Below, piece by piece: positions 60,520 to 64,000 of a stretch of 64,000 nt of DNA (positions within the stretch are counted from its first letter, which is position 1; every line of letters begins with the position of its first letter). The stretch is from Asterias rubens. Its lineage: Eukaryota. Both the position numbers and the translations under genes were made by a program. Location of the stretch: positions 1,612,001-1,676,000 of the forward strand of contig NC_047065.1 of NCBI RefSeq assembly GCF_902459465.1. Direction: 5' to 3'. The notes under the pieces were generated by a model, which had not been told where the DNA came from, did not search any database, and saw only the letters and a list, made by a program, of their open reading frames with translations.

Positions 60520-63360
60520 CATGTGGCAATTTTTTGTTATTGCCATATGGCTCAAAATAAACATTTTTATGTCAGTTAACAATGCTGAGTCTCTTGACAT
60601 GAGTCAGGGGTAGGTATAAATCTTTAATATTAGATACTAAAATGTTCACATATTGTAGAAGTTTTTGCAAAATTATCGATAAAATTAGTTCAGTGCTGCA
60701 CGCCCAGTTTCCGGACAGTATTGCCCGTATATTTTTTTCCGGGTACCGGCTTCCGGTCACTTCGGTACCAAACTCAGCACCTTGCAAACTCAGCAACCAC
60801 AACAAAGCCGGCACATACAAACTCGGCACATACAAACTCGGCACCCAGTTGAAAATGTTTTACTTTTTTGAGGTCAAAAATAGGCCGGTTCGGAGTTTGT
60901 AGGCCTATGGACATGGTAAATGGTGCCTACATTCTTTTCTTGGTGTCGAGTGGGTGCTGAGTTTGCAAGGTGCCAATAAATAATGCAAGGTGCCGAGTTT
61001 GCGAGGTGCCGAAGTGTCCTGTAAGTGTATTCGTTTTTTTTTCCATACTATAAATATAGCCAAACCAACGGGATGGCCAAAAACCAAATCAAATAAATGA
61101 GCCTGCCACAACCAATATTTCCAAAGTCAAATCAAGTCACGAGTCAACTCTGCAGTTGAGTGCCTGTGATGATGATGATGTAGGGAGAATGAAAACATAA
61201 AATGGATTTTTTTTAAAAAGATAATTTAGTTAGGCCGTGTCTTAAACAGCGACTTGCCTTGGGCTACTGCTCCGGCTTGATCAGCGCATCTGATCTGTAT
61301 TGAAGAATACTGAATAGACAAATGCGAGCAATGTACCGTAGCTGTAGCGGAGGTCTTTGTTTTGAGACAAAGTTTTGAAACGATTCAGGACAAACCTAAT
61401 GAAAGCGCTTTTTTATTTAATAAAACCTAGGCCCTACAATGAAAATTAATAGGCCTATTGAATATTTTTGTCAAAAGTATGTAATTTTATTAAGGAGATA
61501 ACTTATGTAATTATTTTTTAATTTTTAGTGTATAGACAAGAAGCCTGTAGTCTGTACAGCCTCTTTTCCAGCTGTTTGTGTCGCTACCTGCAGCGTAATG
61601 ATACACTTTCTCGTGGGAGCTGTTCTAAGTACACAGAGTTTCGTTGGGGCACTAGTACGACTGCAGATATTAGAACATCTTTTAAAGGAATATACCCCAG
61701 TTACTGGGTCTAGTATTTGTATTAGGTTTCTTTAAGTTGAATTTTCAGTTAGACTTTGAACGACTATATTCATTTGATTAGGCAGTGGTGCACAATCTTT
61801 TTTGAAAAATTATTTTGAAGAAAGCGTCCCTCAACCGTTCTCTTATTTCAGAGTGGTCCAGGTGGATGTTCTAACACCTTACGCAGATGAATTCCACGGG
61901 TCACCTCACAGTCCACGTCATGCCCGAGACTGCCAACCAATCAAGTATGCCAACTCTACCATCGAGTCGCAGGCATCCCATGGATTCAGTGCCTCTCAGG
62001 TCACCCTACCCATCACATCAACTAGGCAATTCATGGACAGCTCAATATATTTCAGAACTTCCTTTGGTCATTTGACTGTTGTGAATGATCCCGCGCGAAC
62101 GCTGTCAGTGCTGGAACCCTTTCAAAAAGATGGCTGTTCCTTAGGATTAAGAGTGCCTGTAACGAGGTCTCGATTACAAAAAAACTGTCTGTTGGCAACA
62201 AACGCCGGCTTCTTTAACACGCATACTGGTGATTGCTATGGAAACGTTGTGAGTGAAGGGAGGCTCGTTAAAAATGGACATGGAGTACAGAATGCCCATT
62301 TTGGCATCAGAGCTGACGGGAGCTTAGTTTTCGGGTAAGATTTCGTTATGGTTTGCAAATCACTTTAAAGTTTTTAAAGTTTTTTTTATAATGGGAGACT
62401 TTTGGGATGCTAGGTGGCAGCAGACTTACTAATAGGTAAGGTAAATCCATTAATCTTAAAACTGTGCACATGCTACAAAAACAATGGAATTTTCCCTGTA
62501 AGTCTGCTGCCACCTAGCGTTCCAAAGCCTCCAATTCTGCTTAAAATAATAAGTGGTTTTGTTGTTAATAGCAGGTTGTGGTGTGTCTGATCAGCAAGTT
62601 GTGGGTTTGAGTCCCTGTCATGACACTTGCATCCTTGAGCAAGATACTCTACCATGTTTGCTTTGCCCTTTGGATGGGACATTAAGCCAAAGGTCCTGTC
62701 CTCTCGGATTGGTAGTGCACTTCAAATAACCCAGAACACTCTTCATGGAAGACACAACCAACCTGGATGATACAAAAATCAACAGCATAAATACTTGGTT
62801 CAAGTACTAGATTTGTGAACTTTTAACTGGTGCGACTCTCCTTGATGAGGGGTTGTGACTTTTATCCTTTTGATTTACCCCAATCACTAATGGTTTAACC
62901 CACAGGTATCTTTCAGAGTTTGATCTTCTTGATGAGGAGAATCCATTTCTTCAGCTGGTAGGGGGTGTAGGGTGGCTATTGAGGGACGGAGAAGTTTACG
63001 TGGAGGAGAGCAAGAAAGTAGAGTGTAAAAAATCAGAGGAAACAGGTAAAGACTCTGAGTAGATCTTTTAAATTTGATTCCTGGCAATGGTTTTATGGGA
63101 CAGGATTGTAGTCTTGAATGGTAGAGCAGAGACAAAGCAGATTTCTATTCTAAATTCAGGAAATAAAAAAATAGTTAAAAAATCCCCAATACACTTATCA
63201 CTCTGTTACCTTTTTTTTAAACAAAAATTATAACTTTTTTGTTCCTTTTAGGTTCAATAGAGTCTTTTTTTAATGTGGTTGCGGCCCGGATAGCTGTAGG
63301 AAGTGACAAAGAGGGTCATGTTATTATTGCTCATGTGGATGGCAAGTCTGACTCAACAGG
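60509..63360 (+). CDS. NAGPA: N-acetylglucosamine-1-phosphodiester alpha-N-acetylglucosaminidase (uncovering enzyme), 5' partial; continues into the gap or beyond the window
   Basis: Exons 60509-60609 (signal-peptide-like MAAPMWQFFVIAIWLKINIF), 61852-62334, 62906-63045, 63252-63360, with consistent phases. Motifs GHLTVVNDPARTLSVLEP, CLLATNAGFFNTHTGDCYGNVVSEG, QNAHFGIRADGSLVFGYLSE, ENPFLQLVGGVGWLLRDGEVY, ECKKSEETG, VAARIAVGSDKEG...HVDG match human NAGPA colinearly. Confidence 0.95.
60755..61020. mobile_element. TIR element with AAACTCGGCAC subterminal repeats in NAGPA intron 1
   Basis: Begins GGTCACTTCGGTACCAAACTCAGCAC and ends GTGCCGAGTTTGCGAGGTGCCGAAGTGTCC. Several AAACTC(A/G)GCAC units lie at each end in inverted orientation. 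Superfamily not assigned. Confidence 0.55.
62393..62535. mobile_element. Short MITE in NAGPA intron
   Basis: TIR GGGAGACTTTTGGGATGCTAGGTGGCAGCAGACTTAC / GTAAGTCTGCTGCCACCTAGCGTTCCAAAGCCTCC. Confidence 0.7.
62570..62740 (+). mobile_element. tRNA-derived SINE (related copy reverse-oriented at about 7000-7145)
   Basis: B-box-like GGGTTTGAGTCCC, then CATGACACTTGCATCCTTGAGCAAG and GGATGGGACATTAAGCC..GGTCCTGT. The homologous block appears reverse-complemented at about 7000-7145. Confidence 0.6.
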
Positions 63361-63515
63361 GTGAGCTCATTTTTTTTAAAAGCCATGTACTTGTTTCTAT
63401 AGACAAGGCTTTTTGTTTAAGCAGGATTCATGATAATGTTTTGAACCAGGCCTGATACATCACAGAAGCAACGAAGGTGATTGCCTCTGTGCCTCGTGGT
63501 CATTGCCTTGGTGCC

Positions 63516-63885
63516 NNNNNNNNNNNNNNNNNNNNNNNNNNNNNNNNNNNNNNNNNNNNNNNNNNNNNNNNNNNNNNNNNNNNNNNNNNNNNNNNNNNNN
63601 NNNNNNNNNNNNNNNNNNNNNNNNNNNNNNNNNNNNNNNNNNNNNNNNNNNNNNNNNNNNNNNNNNNNNNNNNNNNNNNNNNNNNNNNNNNNNNNNNNNN
63701 NNNNNNNNNNNNNNNNNNNNNNNNNNNNNNNNNNNNNNNNNNNNNNNNNNNNNNNNNNNNNNNNNNNNNNNNNNNNNNNNNNNNNNNNNNNNNNNNNNNN
63801 NNNNNNNNNNNNNNNNNNNNNNNNNNNNNNNNNNNNNNNNNNNNNNNNNNNNNNNNNNNNNNNNNNNNNNNNNNNNNNNNNNNNN
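63516..63885. other. Assembly gap (N run) inside NAGPA
   Basis: Run of N; it may hide NAGPA exon(s). Confidence 0.99.
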
Positions 63886-64000
63886 TTGTTTGCTGTGTTT
63901 CCATAATATAACAAACATCATGGGCAGCTTAATATAGTGTGGACCTGGTTCGAATCAACCCTCAGACCTGAGCCCTGCATAGGAATTGAGCTTTCAGTCC

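Noticed and set aside
61528-61713. Plus-strand ORF as an extra NAGPA exon
   Set aside because: Exon 60509-60609 already joins 61852 in phase and gives a colinear NAGPA N-terminus; this ORF shows no NAGPA similarity.

Overview
AT-rich, intron-containing animal genomic DNA with two assembly gaps (10272-10528, 63516-63885). The repeat families and gene content suggest an invertebrate deuterostome, probably an echinoderm such as a sea star (inference). I rebuilt gene models by hand from GT-AG splice sites and phase continuity. In order: (1) two tandem minus-strand IRF-like genes (CDS 2029-8465, 459 aa; 11710-14696, 423 aa), each with a clear C-terminal IRF association domain (IAD) and a pLxIS-type tail but no detectable N-terminal DNA-binding domain; (2) cyclin E (minus, 10 coding exons, 422 aa); (3) a BtpA/SgcQ-family gene (plus, 280 aa) head-to-head with cyclin E; (4) TP53INP/DOR (minus, 236 aa); (5) C19orf12 (plus), whose first coding exon can splice in phase to either of two strongly diverged terminal exons; (6) the 5' part of NAGPA (plus). 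Non-coding DNA is dense with non-autonomous DNA transposons (TTAA/Kolobok-T2-like, CWG/Harbinger-like, one hAT-like), SINEs, an RTE LINE 3' fragment and several minisatellites. The best leads are the DNA-binding-domain-less IRF pair, the duplicated alternative C19orf12 terminal exon, and an apparently ancestral CCNE-TP53INP-C19orf12 linkage. No CRISPR array, rRNA or genuine tRNA gene was found.
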